Assembly: GCA_903881545.1 (NCBI GenBank)
Contig: CAIRTQ010000033.1
Location: 1,267 to 65,266 of the forward strand
Direction: 5' to 3'
DNA length: 64,000 bases
Source of the DNA: an uncultured Elusimicrobia bacterium
GTDB lineage: Bacteria > Elusimicrobiota > Elusimicrobia > UBA1565 > UBA9628
Every line of letters starts with the position of its first letter. The stretch's first letter is position 1. This document shows, one piece after another, positions 39,240-48,475 of the stretch. A program made the translations under genes and the position numbers. The notes beneath the pieces are model-generated. The model was not told the origin of the DNA, did not search any database, and was given only the letters and a program-made list of their open reading frames with translations.

Positions 39240-40723
39240 AGATCACCCTGGTGTTATGCCCGAGTTGGGGGATCGAAACGCCTCACCTGGGGATCGCGTT
39301 GCTGTCGGCTAACCTTAGAAAGAATGGCTTCGCCGTGGCTGTGCTGGATCTTAACATTAGATTTCATAACCGGCACAAGGAAGAAGGCCTCTGGAAGTCG
39401 GAGGAAGACGTGCATTGGGAGGATCCCCAATCGTTGAACCGCTTCGTCCAGGAGAATTCCGCCCTCCTTGACTCATTCGCCGATGAGATCCTTGCCACCG
39501 GTTCGGAGGTGATAGGATTCTCGGTCTACAGCACCACGCAACGGCTTTCCTTGGAACTGGCCCGCCGCATCAAGAGCAAGGACAAAGCCAAGACCATCGT
39601 ATGCGGCGGACAGATGTGCTATCCCCAGGCCCGAGCGATGAGTCTCATTCGTGAGGAATCCGTGGATGCCGTGGTCTTGGGCGAGGGTGACGAGGTCATT
39701 GTGAGCCTCATGCGCAAGATGGCCGAATCCGGCAAGCCCGACCATTGCCTCGGCGTGTTATGGAAGGAAAACGGGACAGTCCGTTCCGGAGGCCTGGCGC
39801 CCGCCATTGCCGATTTGGACGGCTTGCCTTGTCCTGATTTCAGTGATTTCAATCTTCGGGACTACGGCAACCCGACACAACTCCCCATGCTCGCCAGCCG
39901 AGGCTGCCCGTATCCCTGCGCGTTCTGCAATACCAAGCTTTTCTGGGGCAAGCACCGTTCCTTGAGCGGCGAGCGGATGTTCCGCGAGGTCCTCCATGAT
40001 TTGGATTTATATCCGGAGGTGCATTTCATCACCCTTAATGATCACACGGTCAATGCCGACATGGAGGCTTTTTCCCATTTTGTGGATCTGGCCACGGAAC
40101 TCAAGGAGAAGAATGGCCACCTGAAAAAGAATTACGCCCGGTTGGGATGGAAGGGCGCCGCTGTCATCCGAGAGGAAATGACGAAGGAGTTGATGGAGAG
40201 AGTCAAGCGTTCCGGCTGCATCGAGCTGGAATATGGTGTCGAGAGCGCCTCGGACAAGGTCAGGAGGATCATGCGAAAGCCTCCGAAGGACATGGGGACG
40301 TTAGAAAGGGTGATAAGGGATACCGCCGAGGCAGGCATCGACGTGCGCGCCAATTTTATGTTCGGATTCCCCGGGGAGACGGTCGAGGATTTCGAACAGA
40401 CGCTGGAATTCCTGCGCAGGAATAAGGATTATTTCAGGCAGGTGCATCCCAGTGAGACCTTTTGCCATATCGATCCTGATACATACATGTACAACCATCC
40501 GCAGGAATTCGGAATCACTAACTTCCTTACGAATTCCCTCTATTGGGAGTCCGCCGAGGATTTGCAGAACATTTATCCCGAAAGATTGAGGCGGCATCAG
40601 GTGTTTTGCGATCTGGCGAGTTCTTTGAATATTCCCCTTAGTCCGGGCGGGCTCAAGATCCGGCTGTATAAACAGCACTTTCTGGATGAGTACTTCAAAT
40701 ACAAGGAGCGGGCCGCAGGTTAA
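39236..40723 (+). CDS. Cobalamin-dependent radical SAM protein
   Basis: PHLGIALL, LGEGD, SRGCPYPCAFC, YGVES, FMFGFPGET, LYWES. Confidence 0.93.
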   Translation: MKITLVLCPSWGIETPHLGIALLSANLRKNGFAVAVLDLNIRFHNRHKEEGLWKSEEDVHWEDPQSLNRFVQENSALLDSFADEILATGSEVIGFSVYSTTQRLSLELARRIKSKDKAKTIVCGGQMCYPQARAMSLIREESVDAVVLGEGDEVIVSLMRKMAESGKPDHCLGVLWKENGTVRSGGLAPAIADLDGLPCPDFSDFNLRDYGNPTQLPMLASRGCPYPCAFCNTKLFWGKHRSLSGERMFREVLHDLDLYPEVHFITLNDHTVNADMEAFSHFVDLATELKEKNGHLKKNYARLGWKGAAVIREEMTKELMERVKRSGCIELEYGVESASDKVRRIMRKPPKDMGTLERVIRDTAEAGIDVRANFMFGFPGETVEDFEQTLEFLRRNKDYFRQVHPSETFCHIDPDTYMYNHPQEFGITNFLTNSLYWESAEDLQNIYPERLRRHQVFCDLASSLNIPLSPGGLKIRLYKQHFLDEYFKYKERAAG

Positions 40724-40853
40724 CCTGAATTTGAGGAGGGGCATCCTCCATGATTTTAACTAGCCAGGGATAACACCAGCCGCCCGCAAATACTGGGTCT
40801 TGTTGCATTTGAGTTTTCCTAACGGTCCTGCTCCTCGAATCGTAATCAAAATG

Positions 40854-40882
40854 TTGACTGCGGAAAATTTCATAGGTATGAT
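40854..40882 (+). promoter_or_regulatory. Sigma70-type promoter for the lipoprotein gene
   Basis: TTGACT - 17 bp - TATGAT in an AT-rich spacer, followed by an AGGAG RBS. Confidence 0.65.
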
Positions 40883-40953
40883 TGTTTTAGGAATAGGATC
40901 TGCGCTGTGAGGACTCGAACCCGGGATCGGAGACGGGGATATAGGAGAGCCAA

Positions 40954-41862
40954 ATGAGAATGGAGACGGGAAAGAGAATAGCAGGCGCGTGTTCAATTCT
41001 GATCGCGGGGGGCTTCCTCGCCGGCTGCGAGACCATGAAGGTGGCGGGCGTGTCGAAGTCGTCGGAATCCGAGAAGAACGCCCTTGTAAAAAAGGTGCTG
41101 ACCTACAGCGTGGCGCATTACATGTATAACATCGCGTCGGGCCAGCAGATGTGGGGCGACCCCAAGTTGGACCATGCCGCCCTGAAGAAGGTGAAGAAGG
41201 TCGCGATCCTGCGCTTCGGCGTGCAGTCCTACTCCGGCACAACCGAAACCGGAGGAAACGGCGTGAACTTCACATACACCGCCTCCTTTGATGGTAATTG
41301 GCAACCGTTCGCGGGAAAGGCTTACGACCAGATGAAGACGGCGTTCGAACAGAACGGTATCGATGTCATTCCCGCCGACGCGGTCACGTCGAACGCCGCC
41401 TATAAGGCCTTCGAGATCGACAAGCCGGCCGGGTATCAGTTCACCGCCTACGCGCTGAGGGACTTTGCCCCGGCCACGAGCTACGTCAGGAAGGGGCTCG
41501 GTTTTGGAGCGAAGGAGTACTCGATCGGGAATGCGACCCGGTTCCAAAAACTGGGGAAGGCGCTGGGCGTTGACGCCGTCATGCTGATCGTGGGCGATAT
41601 AGGGCTCGATGCGAGTGGGGTCTTGTGGTTCAGCAAGCTGCACGCCAAGCTTCCCGGCTACGGCGGGAAGCCCGACCATGGGCTGATGGTGGACATGTTC
41701 TCGGCGGACGAGCCCAAGCTGATCTGGAGCGCGTGTACCAAGAAGGACATAGTTGTGCCGATCACGTCGAAGAAGGACCTCATGAACGACTTCCTCAACA
41801 GCTACAATGAGGTGGCGCAACTCGTCGCCCATAAACTGAAGCTGGACATGGACAGTAACTAG
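40954..41862 (+). CDS. Lipoprotein of unknown function (possibly CsgG/LpoB-like alpha/beta fold)
   Basis: Lipobox LAG-C at residue 25 after a basic and hydrophobic leader; KKVAILRF and LGKALGVDAVMLI; strongly G/C-ending codons. Confidence 0.75.
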   Translation: MRMETGKRIAGACSILIAGGFLAGCETMKVAGVSKSSESEKNALVKKVLTYSVAHYMYNIASGQQMWGDPKLDHAALKKVKKVAILRFGVQSYSGTTETGGNGVNFTYTASFDGNWQPFAGKAYDQMKTAFEQNGIDVIPADAVTSNAAYKAFEIDKPAGYQFTAYALRDFAPATSYVRKGLGFGAKEYSIGNATRFQKLGKALGVDAVMLIVGDIGLDASGVLWFSKLHAKLPGYGGKPDHGLMVDMFSADEPKLIWSACTKKDIVVPITSKKDLMNDFLNSYNEVAQLVAHKLKLDMDSN

Positions 41863-41901
41863 GTTTTTGAGTGGGGCTTTGCGTCTCTTGGCCCGACTGG
41901 T

Positions 41902-41934
41902 GCTCGCCGGTCCCAAGTTCGGGGGCCGACGAGC
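41902..41934 (+). terminator. Strong hairpin downstream of the lipoprotein gene
   Basis: GCTCG-C-CGGTCCC-loop-GGGGCCG-A-CGAGC. There is no U tract, so a terminator role is uncertain. Confidence 0.35.
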
Positions 41935-42332
41935 GGATGGTGATTGCTGATTCCGTCAGCGCGCAAGAACTTATTGCGATACTACGGAGCGTTGGGGCTG
42001 AACTTGCCGCTGCGGTCTATGGTTGTAGCTGTAGACGTTGTGGATAAGGCGCAAAACTTGGGATTCATGCGAATCCCGAAGGGAGGGAATCGGCAGGACG
42101 ATGGCATTGGACCGTCTCTGAGGGTGAAAGTCACCCCGAGGGACGAGAATGTCGTGCGGTAGCCATCCGGCGAGCCGCAGGACACCCGCAAACCGGAAGA
42201 TTTTTTCGTGGGCCGGAATCTTCCTTGGTCATCTTTAGCACGATTACGACTTACGTGATCTTTTGGGAGAAGCCCAGGGGCCTTCTTGCGAGAGAGTCAA
42301 TTTTATATAATTCCAAAACCCTCCCCTATTCA

Positions 42333-43127
42333 ATGGATACTCCCCTCGCTAGCATCGTCATTCTGACCCATAATGATGTGGAGTATTTTAGGGAATGCTT
42401 GGCCAGCGTCCGGGCCCGTACCGACGTGCCGTATGAGGTCATCGTGGTCGACAACTCGTCCACCGGCGCGGCCGTGTCCGCTCTCGGGCGCCTCTGCCGG
42501 GGCCCGAACATCCGGCTGATTCGCAACGCGGAGAACCGCTTCTTCGCCGCGGGGAATAATCAGGGTATACGCGCCGCGCGCGGGCGGTACGTGGTGCTGC
42601 TGAACGCCGACGCCGTCGTCGGTCTGCAGTGGCTTTCCCGGCTCATCGCCTGGGCGCAGGCTGACCCTGAGGTTGGCCTCGTAGCCCCCGTGACCAACAG
42701 CGCTTCGGGATTGCAATATATCGCGGCGCCCGGCTATCACGGTGTCGCTGATTTCGCGAAGTTCTCTTGGGCCTGGGCCCAGGTGCACGCCGGGCGCAGC
42801 CGCGAGGCGCATCGGCTCATCGCGTTCTGCCTGCTGATCAAGCGCGAGGTCATCGATTGCGTCGGGTTGCTCGATGAACGCTTCGGACCGGGCGGCTACG
42901 AGGACTACGACTACTGCTTGCGCGTGCGCCAAGCGGGGTTCAAGCTCTTGCTGGCCGAAGATGTCTTCGTGCACCATTACGGCGCTAAGGGCTATGAGGG
43001 CATGGACTACTCCCACCACCGCAGGATTAACCGGGAGATTCTGGCGCGAAAATGGTCCCAATTCGTGCTGCACGCCCTTGACGACGTGGATAAGGCCATC
43101 GAGAATCTGCGGGCGGTCCCGCGATGA
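42333..43127 (+). CDS. Glycosyltransferase family 2
   Basis: SIVILTHN, VVDNSS, FAAGNNQG, LLNAD, GLLDERF..GYEDYDYCLR; TATAAT at 42306-42311. Confidence 0.92.
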   Translation: MDTPLASIVILTHNDVEYFRECLASVRARTDVPYEVIVVDNSSTGAAVSALGRLCRGPNIRLIRNAENRFFAAGNNQGIRAARGRYVVLLNADAVVGLQWLSRLIAWAQADPEVGLVAPVTNSASGLQYIAAPGYHGVADFAKFSWAWAQVHAGRSREAHRLIAFCLLIKREVIDCVGLLDERFGPGGYEDYDYCLRVRQAGFKLLLAEDVFVHHYGAKGYEGMDYSHHRRINREILARKWSQFVLHALDDVDKAIENLRAVPR

Positions 43128-44272
43128 ATAAGTGCCGCAGCGAGGATGGGACGGGCCATGCCCCGGAGAAGGCGGCGGCCGCGCCGCGGAAAACCAATCC
43201 CTTCGTCGCGGACAAGATTCTTGGGCATGTGGATCGCGTCAGGGACTGGCTCGTCAGCGGCCGTTCGCGGCCCATCACTGTCGAATTTGACTTGACCAAC
43301 CGGTGCAACCAGGGCTGTCCGCGCTGCTTCGGCTTTCATCCTAAGCGTGGCGCGTCCCAGATGGCCTTGGAGGATGCCCGGCGTATCCTCCGTCAGGTCC
43401 AGGCCCTGGGCGCGCGCGGAGTGACCTTCACTGGGGGCGGCGATCCCTTGGTGAGTCCCATCGTGATCCCCGTCCTACGTTTCGCGCGCGAACTGGGCCT
43501 GGACCTGGGATTTATTACCAATGCCGCCGCCCTGACCGAGGAGTCTGCCCGGGTGGTCTTGGAATGTTGCCAGTGGGTTCGGGTGAGCCTTGATGCGGCG
43601 AGTCCGGAAATCTATAAGTTGACGCACGGCATGGACGGCCCTGACTGGCGCGCGGTGCTGGAAAACATGAGGTTACTGCTGAAGCTTAAGCAGCAGGCGA
43701 GCCTGGCTTGCACCGTGGGGATTGGGTTTCTCACCAGCGCCGAGAGCCGGCAGGATATACTTTCTTTTGCGGCCTTAGGCCGGGAATTGGGGGTGGACTA
43801 TGTCCAGTACCGACCTTTGCTGCGTCGTTTCGGAGAGGCCGAACTAAATTACTCGGATCCGGCTGTTTTGGCGAGCATCCGTCGTGCCCGGGAGTTCGCG
43901 CATGATGGCTTCCAGGTCGTTGATTCCGAGCATAAATACCGTCTCATCCAGGAAGGGGACTGGCGCAGGACTTACGCGCAATGTTATGGCCAGAATTTTG
44001 CGACCGTGGTGGCGGCTGATAGCCGGATGTATATTTGCTGCCATATGCGAGGGGTGGAGAAATACTGCATAGGGGACCTCTCCCGCCAGAGTCTGGAAGA
44101 AATATGGGACTCTCCTAGGCGCCAAGAGGTGGCTGCCACCGTGGATTTCCGGGACTGCCCCCCGTTGTGCCGTTGCGACAGTTTTAACCATATCCTCTGG
44201 CGCCTGCGGCAGGAAGGCTTGGAGCCGCCGGTTTCGGCGACCACCTTGCAACGGCATCCGAACTTCATCTAG
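43124..44272 (+). CDS. Radical SAM/SPASM protein
   Basis: DLTNRCNQGCPRC, TFTGGGDP, VSLDA, C...YICCH...IGDL...IW...CPPLCRC. Confidence 0.9.
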   Translation: MNKCRSEDGTGHAPEKAAAAPRKTNPFVADKILGHVDRVRDWLVSGRSRPITVEFDLTNRCNQGCPRCFGFHPKRGASQMALEDARRILRQVQALGARGVTFTGGGDPLVSPIVIPVLRFARELGLDLGFITNAAALTEESARVVLECCQWVRVSLDAASPEIYKLTHGMDGPDWRAVLENMRLLLKLKQQASLACTVGIGFLTSAESRQDILSFAALGRELGVDYVQYRPLLRRFGEAELNYSDPAVLASIRRAREFAHDGFQVVDSEHKYRLIQEGDWRRTYAQCYGQNFATVVAADSRMYICCHMRGVEKYCIGDLSRQSLEEIWDSPRRQEVAATVDFRDCPPLCRCDSFNHILWRLRQEGLEPPVSATTLQRHPNFI

Positions 44273-45343
44273 GTGGGGGCCTTGAAGCTAAGCATTGTCA
44301 TCATCAGTCACCGTCCGGAACTGCTGCGGTGCTGTCTGGACAGCCTGGACCTTTCGGGCTGCGAAACGACTGAGATACTGGTTTTTCTCAACGGCCAAGA
44401 CGAGGGCGTCGGCCGCCTGCGCGCCGAGTTGGAGGCCCGCTGGCCTCATGTGACGGTACGGGATGTTCCGCGTATCTCCCGGGGCGCGGCGCGCAATCTG
44501 GCGGTGGGGCAGACGCACGGGGAAATCCTCTATTTCCTTGACGACGACGTGGTTGCGCCCCCAGGCTTCTGCCGGAGGGTGGTGGAGAAATTCGAGCGGA
44601 ACCCTGAGCTTTGCTACGGTGGCGGCCCTAACCTTTGCGCGCCGGGCGCCACGGCATTCCAGGCCGCGGTGGATGCGGCGCTGAATTCGCCCTGGGGTGC
44701 GGGACCTATGAGGGTGCGCTACCGTTCGGGAGGCCGAGAGCGGTTGCTGGACTCTTGGGGCTTCATGCTTTGCAACCTGGGAGTGCGGCGCCGGATCTTC
44801 GCTGAGGACGGACTCGCATTCCCCGAATCCTGCGTGAGCGCGGAGGAGAACCTCCTGCTCTATCGCGCGCAAAGGCGGCATGGCCGCGGCTTCTTCAGTC
44901 CGGAATTATATGTCTATCATGTTCGCCGCCGGGACATAGGTGGCTTCTGCCGCCAGGCTTTCCAGTGCGGCGTCGGCCGCATGCAAGTAACGCTCATGGA
45001 GCCGGGGTCCCTGCAATGGGTGACGCTACTGCCGCCTTTCGGGCTGGTCCTTCTAATCTTGCTTTGTCTGGACCTGCGCACGACCGCGGCGGGGGCGCTG
45101 CTGGCTCTCTATTCCGGGTTTTGTGTCGGCGCCGCGGTGCCTCTGCTGCGGACGGCGCGTGGCCTGGCGGCAGCCATGCGGTTGCCCTGGGTGCTGGGGT
45201 TGGGTCATCTCTGCTACGCGGTGGGGATGCTGGCCGGCATCGCGCGTTGCCGCTCGGCCCGGGGCATCATCGCTCCGGTTTGTCTCCCCAGAACCCGGGC
45301 CAGCCTTCCTGGCGCGCCGCTGCGCCCCGCCGCGAATGAATGA
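44273..45343 (+). CDS. Glycosyltransferase family 2 with C-terminal TM helices
   Basis: SIVII, AARN, YFLDDD, GGP, CNL, AEE, YHVRR and a hydrophobic C-terminus. Confidence 0.88.
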   Translation: MGALKLSIVIISHRPELLRCCLDSLDLSGCETTEILVFLNGQDEGVGRLRAELEARWPHVTVRDVPRISRGAARNLAVGQTHGEILYFLDDDVVAPPGFCRRVVEKFERNPELCYGGGPNLCAPGATAFQAAVDAALNSPWGAGPMRVRYRSGGRERLLDSWGFMLCNLGVRRRIFAEDGLAFPESCVSAEENLLLYRAQRRHGRGFFSPELYVYHVRRRDIGGFCRQAFQCGVGRMQVTLMEPGSLQWVTLLPPFGLVLLILLCLDLRTTAAGALLALYSGFCVGAAVPLLRTARGLAAAMRLPWVLGLGHLCYAVGMLAGIARCRSARGIIAPVCLPRTRASLPGAPLRPAANE

Positions 45344-45362
45344 GGATCGGGCACTGCCCCAG

Positions 45363-46511
45363 CTACGGCCGGCGCAGGGCTCTATGGTGCTCCTGGACGA
45401 TTTGTCCGTCGCACTTGTGCCGATGATCCACGTGCGCTTCCCAATCATTGATGCTGGTGGCATTATGGCGTTGACAGGTCCCTAGGCAGCCGCCACCAGC
45501 CCGCAAGCTGCGTCGGATGGCGCGGTAGGCGGGTCCGTTCCAAATTTCCGCGAAGCTCTTATCGGCCAGCGATTCCTTGAAAGATCCAATCAAATCGCAG
45601 GGTAGTATCCTGCCTTCGGGATCCACCACCACCTGGTGCCACGGCTCGTTGCACCGGGCCGGCGTCCGGGCCGGTGCCGGCCCTTCACCGAACTTTTGCG
45701 GGAGGCTGATCTCCATGCCCACCTCCTGTGCCACGCTGCGCGCCTCGTCTATGGCGCGGTTGGCCAAGTCCTGCTTGAAGTAGAGCGAAAGGTATTTCTG
45801 TGCTGCTTCGCAGATGAAGAAGTAGGTGGCCAGTACCCTGTCCGCCCCCAGTTCCTTGGCCAAGCGCACGAAATCCGGCAGCTTGTCCGCATTGAGCGTG
45901 GTCATCACGAATTTGAAGTGCACCCGTACTTGGTCCGTGCCTTGGCGCATCTCCATGAGTTGTTTGATGTTCTTCATGACTCGCTCAAAGGACCAGTACC
46001 TCATCATGAGTTCGTGCGTCGACTGGTCGGGCGCGTGGAGGGACAGCTGGAGCGTGTAGCGGCTTGCCGAGTTCACTATCAGGTCGCATTTCTCATGCGT
46101 GAGATACGAGGCGTTGGTGGCGATGCGTTTCTCTACATGCGGGAATCGGCCATTGAGATAGCCCAAGAGCGCGGGCGCCTCGGATAGCCCCAATACCTCG
46201 CCCGAACCAGAGAAGGTCAGCGTCGCCGCGCGTTGGAGGACCGGCGTCATCGATGAGTCGAATCGAGCCAGCCAGTCGTCCAACCGGAACGACTCGAAGC
46301 CGTCGCCTTGGGAGCAGAACACGCAGCCAGCGTTGCAGGGCGCATGGATCTGAAGACGCACTGTCTGCGGCGTGCTGGCCAAGATGATGCGGCCGGCTTC
46401 GTGCTCCTGCCGGTTGAGATCCACATTCTCCGTTTGGAGCTGTTCGAGCCGGCGACGCCGCCGGCCGGCGGCGGGCTCGGGCGATCGGGCGGCGGAGGGC
46501 ATGGCCTTCAT
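45363..46511 (-). CDS. Radical SAM/SPASM protein (family B), close paralog of 27559-28692
   Basis: ENVDLNRQE...STP, CNAGCVFC, SGSGE, SRYTLQLSLHA, QKYLSLYFK, CNEPW...PCD. Confidence 0.9.
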   Translation of the reverse strand: MKAMPSAARSPEPAAGRRRRRLEQLQTENVDLNRQEHEAGRIILASTPQTVRLQIHAPCNAGCVFCSQGDGFESFRLDDWLARFDSSMTPVLQRAATLTFSGSGEVLGLSEAPALLGYLNGRFPHVEKRIATNASYLTHEKCDLIVNSASRYTLQLSLHAPDQSTHELMMRYWSFERVMKNIKQLMEMRQGTDQVRVHFKFVMTTLNADKLPDFVRLAKELGADRVLATYFFICEAAQKYLSLYFKQDLANRAIDEARSVAQEVGMEISLPQKFGEGPAPARTPARCNEPWHQVVVDPEGRILPCDLIGSFKESLADKSFAEIWNGPAYRAIRRSLRAGGGCLGTCQRHNATSINDWEAHVDHRHKCDGQIVQEHHRALRRP

Positions 46512-48475
46512 CGCGCGCAGAGCGGGGCGGGTTGAGCCGCTTCGCCCCCGGCAGTCTCGGATTTGACCAGGCTCATCGCCAGGCGCAGACGTTTGGCCAG
46601 CAGGTGCAGAGTGTTCGGGTCCGTCGCCCGTTCGCCGGCCCAGAAGATGTCGAAATGATCCCCACTCCATTCGATGCGGGCCTTTTCCCCGGTCATGGCT
46701 TTGAGGAACGAGGCTGCTCGAAACAGGAAACGCTCGAGGCTCTGCGGCGCTTGACGGGAGCCCGCCAAGAACTCATCCCAGGTTAAGCCCGCGTCCAAGC
46801 GGCTTCGGAGTCCCTCCCAGACCGCCGCTGGGTCTGCCTTGCCGGCGGCCGCAATCCGGTCGGCCTTGGCCAGGGCCCGGGCGGCGTTCCGGAAGCTCTC
46901 CAGATGCGGGAGAGCCCGGATTAGATGCTTGAGCGTCGGCCCATGGTAAAGGTCCAACTCCAGGTATTCCAAGTAATTCTGCAGGGCCGCTAAGGGCCGG
47001 CCTGCGAAATGGTGGTACGCCGCTAGGTTGGAGAGATGATCCAGGTCAAGGGCGCCGTTGACCCCCTTGTAAGCGTCTATGCCCAGAGTGATGGCCAGGG
47101 ACCGGAACTTTTTGTAGCGTTCCAAACGCACCGGATAGGTATTGGTCCCATCCTGGGACTCCCAGTAGAGATTGTGCGTTGACTCTTCGGAGCGCTGGCG
47201 AATTCCCAACTCCTCCTGGTGGTCGATCAGATAGCTGTGCGCCTCCAGGCTTGTGAAGGTGGCGCTGGCGTAGACCCGGTCCAAGTTGCTTCGGTTGCGG
47301 CGCAGGAAATCCAGAGTCATCTGCGCGTCTTCCTCCGTCTCCCCGGGAAAGCCGAACATGAAGTTGCCGGTCACGATGATGCCGGCATCATGGGTGTCCC
47401 GCAACACCCGTTCGGCCACGTCGGGAGAGTAGTTTTTGTTCATGGCCTTGAGCACGCGCTCCGAGCCGCTCTCGATTCCGTAGATGATGTCGTGGCAGTT
47501 GGCGGCGCGTAGATCTTTCAGGACTTCCAGCGTCATCTCCGGGCGTATGACCGCGTTGATCTTCCATCCGATCAGATCGTTCTTCCACCGGTCTTCGGCC
47601 ACGGCTGCGCTTACGAGCCGACTAAACTTCTGCAGGGCCCGGACGTCGCCGTTGGCTGTAATGTCGTAGAACTCCCTATGGCGACGGCTAGGGAACAGGC
47701 GCAGGTTGTGCATGACCTCCGCGAAGATGCGGTCTCCGCCCATATGCGCATAGCCGGGCCAGAAGGAGTGCGCGCTGCAGAACCGGCACTGCCAGACGCA
47801 CCCTCGGCTGGCCGCGATCGGGATCCGCTCCGGGTCGGTATAGAGCTCCATGGGAAATCCCGTGAAGTCCGCGAATGGGATATCGTCTAGATTGCGTACC
47901 GGCACAGCCGCGCCGGAGGTGAACGGTGCTCCGTCGCGCCAAACCCAGGCCCCCGGCAGCGGTTCTAGCTCGCCCGTGCTGTCAAAGCGCTTCAATATCT
48001 GGGGGAATACCACGTCGCCCGCGCCTTGCACCACCATGTCCACGCAGGGCTCTCCGAGTAGGGCTCTGATCTTGTTACCAAAATAGAAATAGGGCCCCCC
48101 AAGGATAATCTTGACCTTGGGATCGGCGGCCTTGAGGCGCCGCGCCAGCTCCAGCGCGGCCAGATGGGAGCCGCTTTGCACAGAAATGCCAATGACGCGG
48201 GCGCCGGTCTTGAGGATGTCCTCCAAGAAGCGCTCCACCTGCTGAGAATTATCCTGGAAGAAGGTGGCAACGAACGCCGGCTGGTTCCAGAAATGGAACT
48301 GCTCCCAGACCCAGAGGCTTTCATATTTCTTCACCCGTTCCTTCCAGAGCAGGATGTTGAGGTCAAACACCGCCGGCTCGAAACCAGCCGCGCGAGCGCA
48401 ACCCGCCAATTGGGCTAAGCCCAAGGGTGGGTCTGTGATGCCCCAGACTGGAGGCTGGATCAAGGCGACTTTCAT
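46508..48475 (-). CDS. Cobalamin-dependent radical SAM protein with helical C-terminal extension
   Basis: MKVALIQPP..PPLGLAQL, LGGP, SRGCVWQCRFC, YGIESGS, FMFGFPGET, WESQDGTNT. Confidence 0.93.
   Translation of the reverse strand: MKVALIQPPVWGITDPPLGLAQLAGCARAAGFEPAVFDLNILLWKERVKKYESLWVWEQFHFWNQPAFVATFFQDNSQQVERFLEDILKTGARVIGISVQSGSHLAALELARRLKAADPKVKIILGGPYFYFGNKIRALLGEPCVDMVVQGAGDVVFPQILKRFDSTGELEPLPGAWVWRDGAPFTSGAAVPVRNLDDIPFADFTGFPMELYTDPERIPIAASRGCVWQCRFCSAHSFWPGYAHMGGDRIFAEVMHNLRLFPSRRHREFYDITANGDVRALQKFSRLVSAAVAEDRWKNDLIGWKINAVIRPEMTLEVLKDLRAANCHDIIYGIESGSERVLKAMNKNYSPDVAERVLRDTHDAGIIVTGNFMFGFPGETEEDAQMTLDFLRRNRSNLDRVYASATFTSLEAHSYLIDHQEELGIRQRSEESTHNLYWESQDGTNTYPVRLERYKKFRSLAITLGIDAYKGVNGALDLDHLSNLAAYHHFAGRPLAALQNYLEYLELDLYHGPTLKHLIRALPHLESFRNAARALAKADRIAAAGKADPAAVWEGLRSRLDAGLTWDEFLAGSRQAPQSLERFLFRAASFLKAMTGEKARIEWSGDHFDIFWAGERATDPNTLHLLAKRLRLAMSLVKSETAGGEAAQPAPLCAR

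Noticed and set aside
40896-40925. GGTTCGAGTCC T-loop-like word on the minus strand as a tRNA fragment or att site
   Set aside because: The T-stem does not pair fully, there is no cloverleaf, and it does not match the tRNA-Glu 3' end.
41982-42068. Short Ser/Thr-rich ORF MNPKFCALSTTSTATTIDRSGKFSPNAP on the minus strand as a RiPP precursor
   Set aside because: No RBS on that strand, no recognisable leader motif and no second copy. It cannot be supported without conservation data.
42040-42200. Calling the stem-loops a cobalamin, FMN, SAM-I or c-di-GMP riboswitch
   Set aside because: Only isolated words match and the conserved cores are not in the correct order, so it is kept only as an unnamed candidate.
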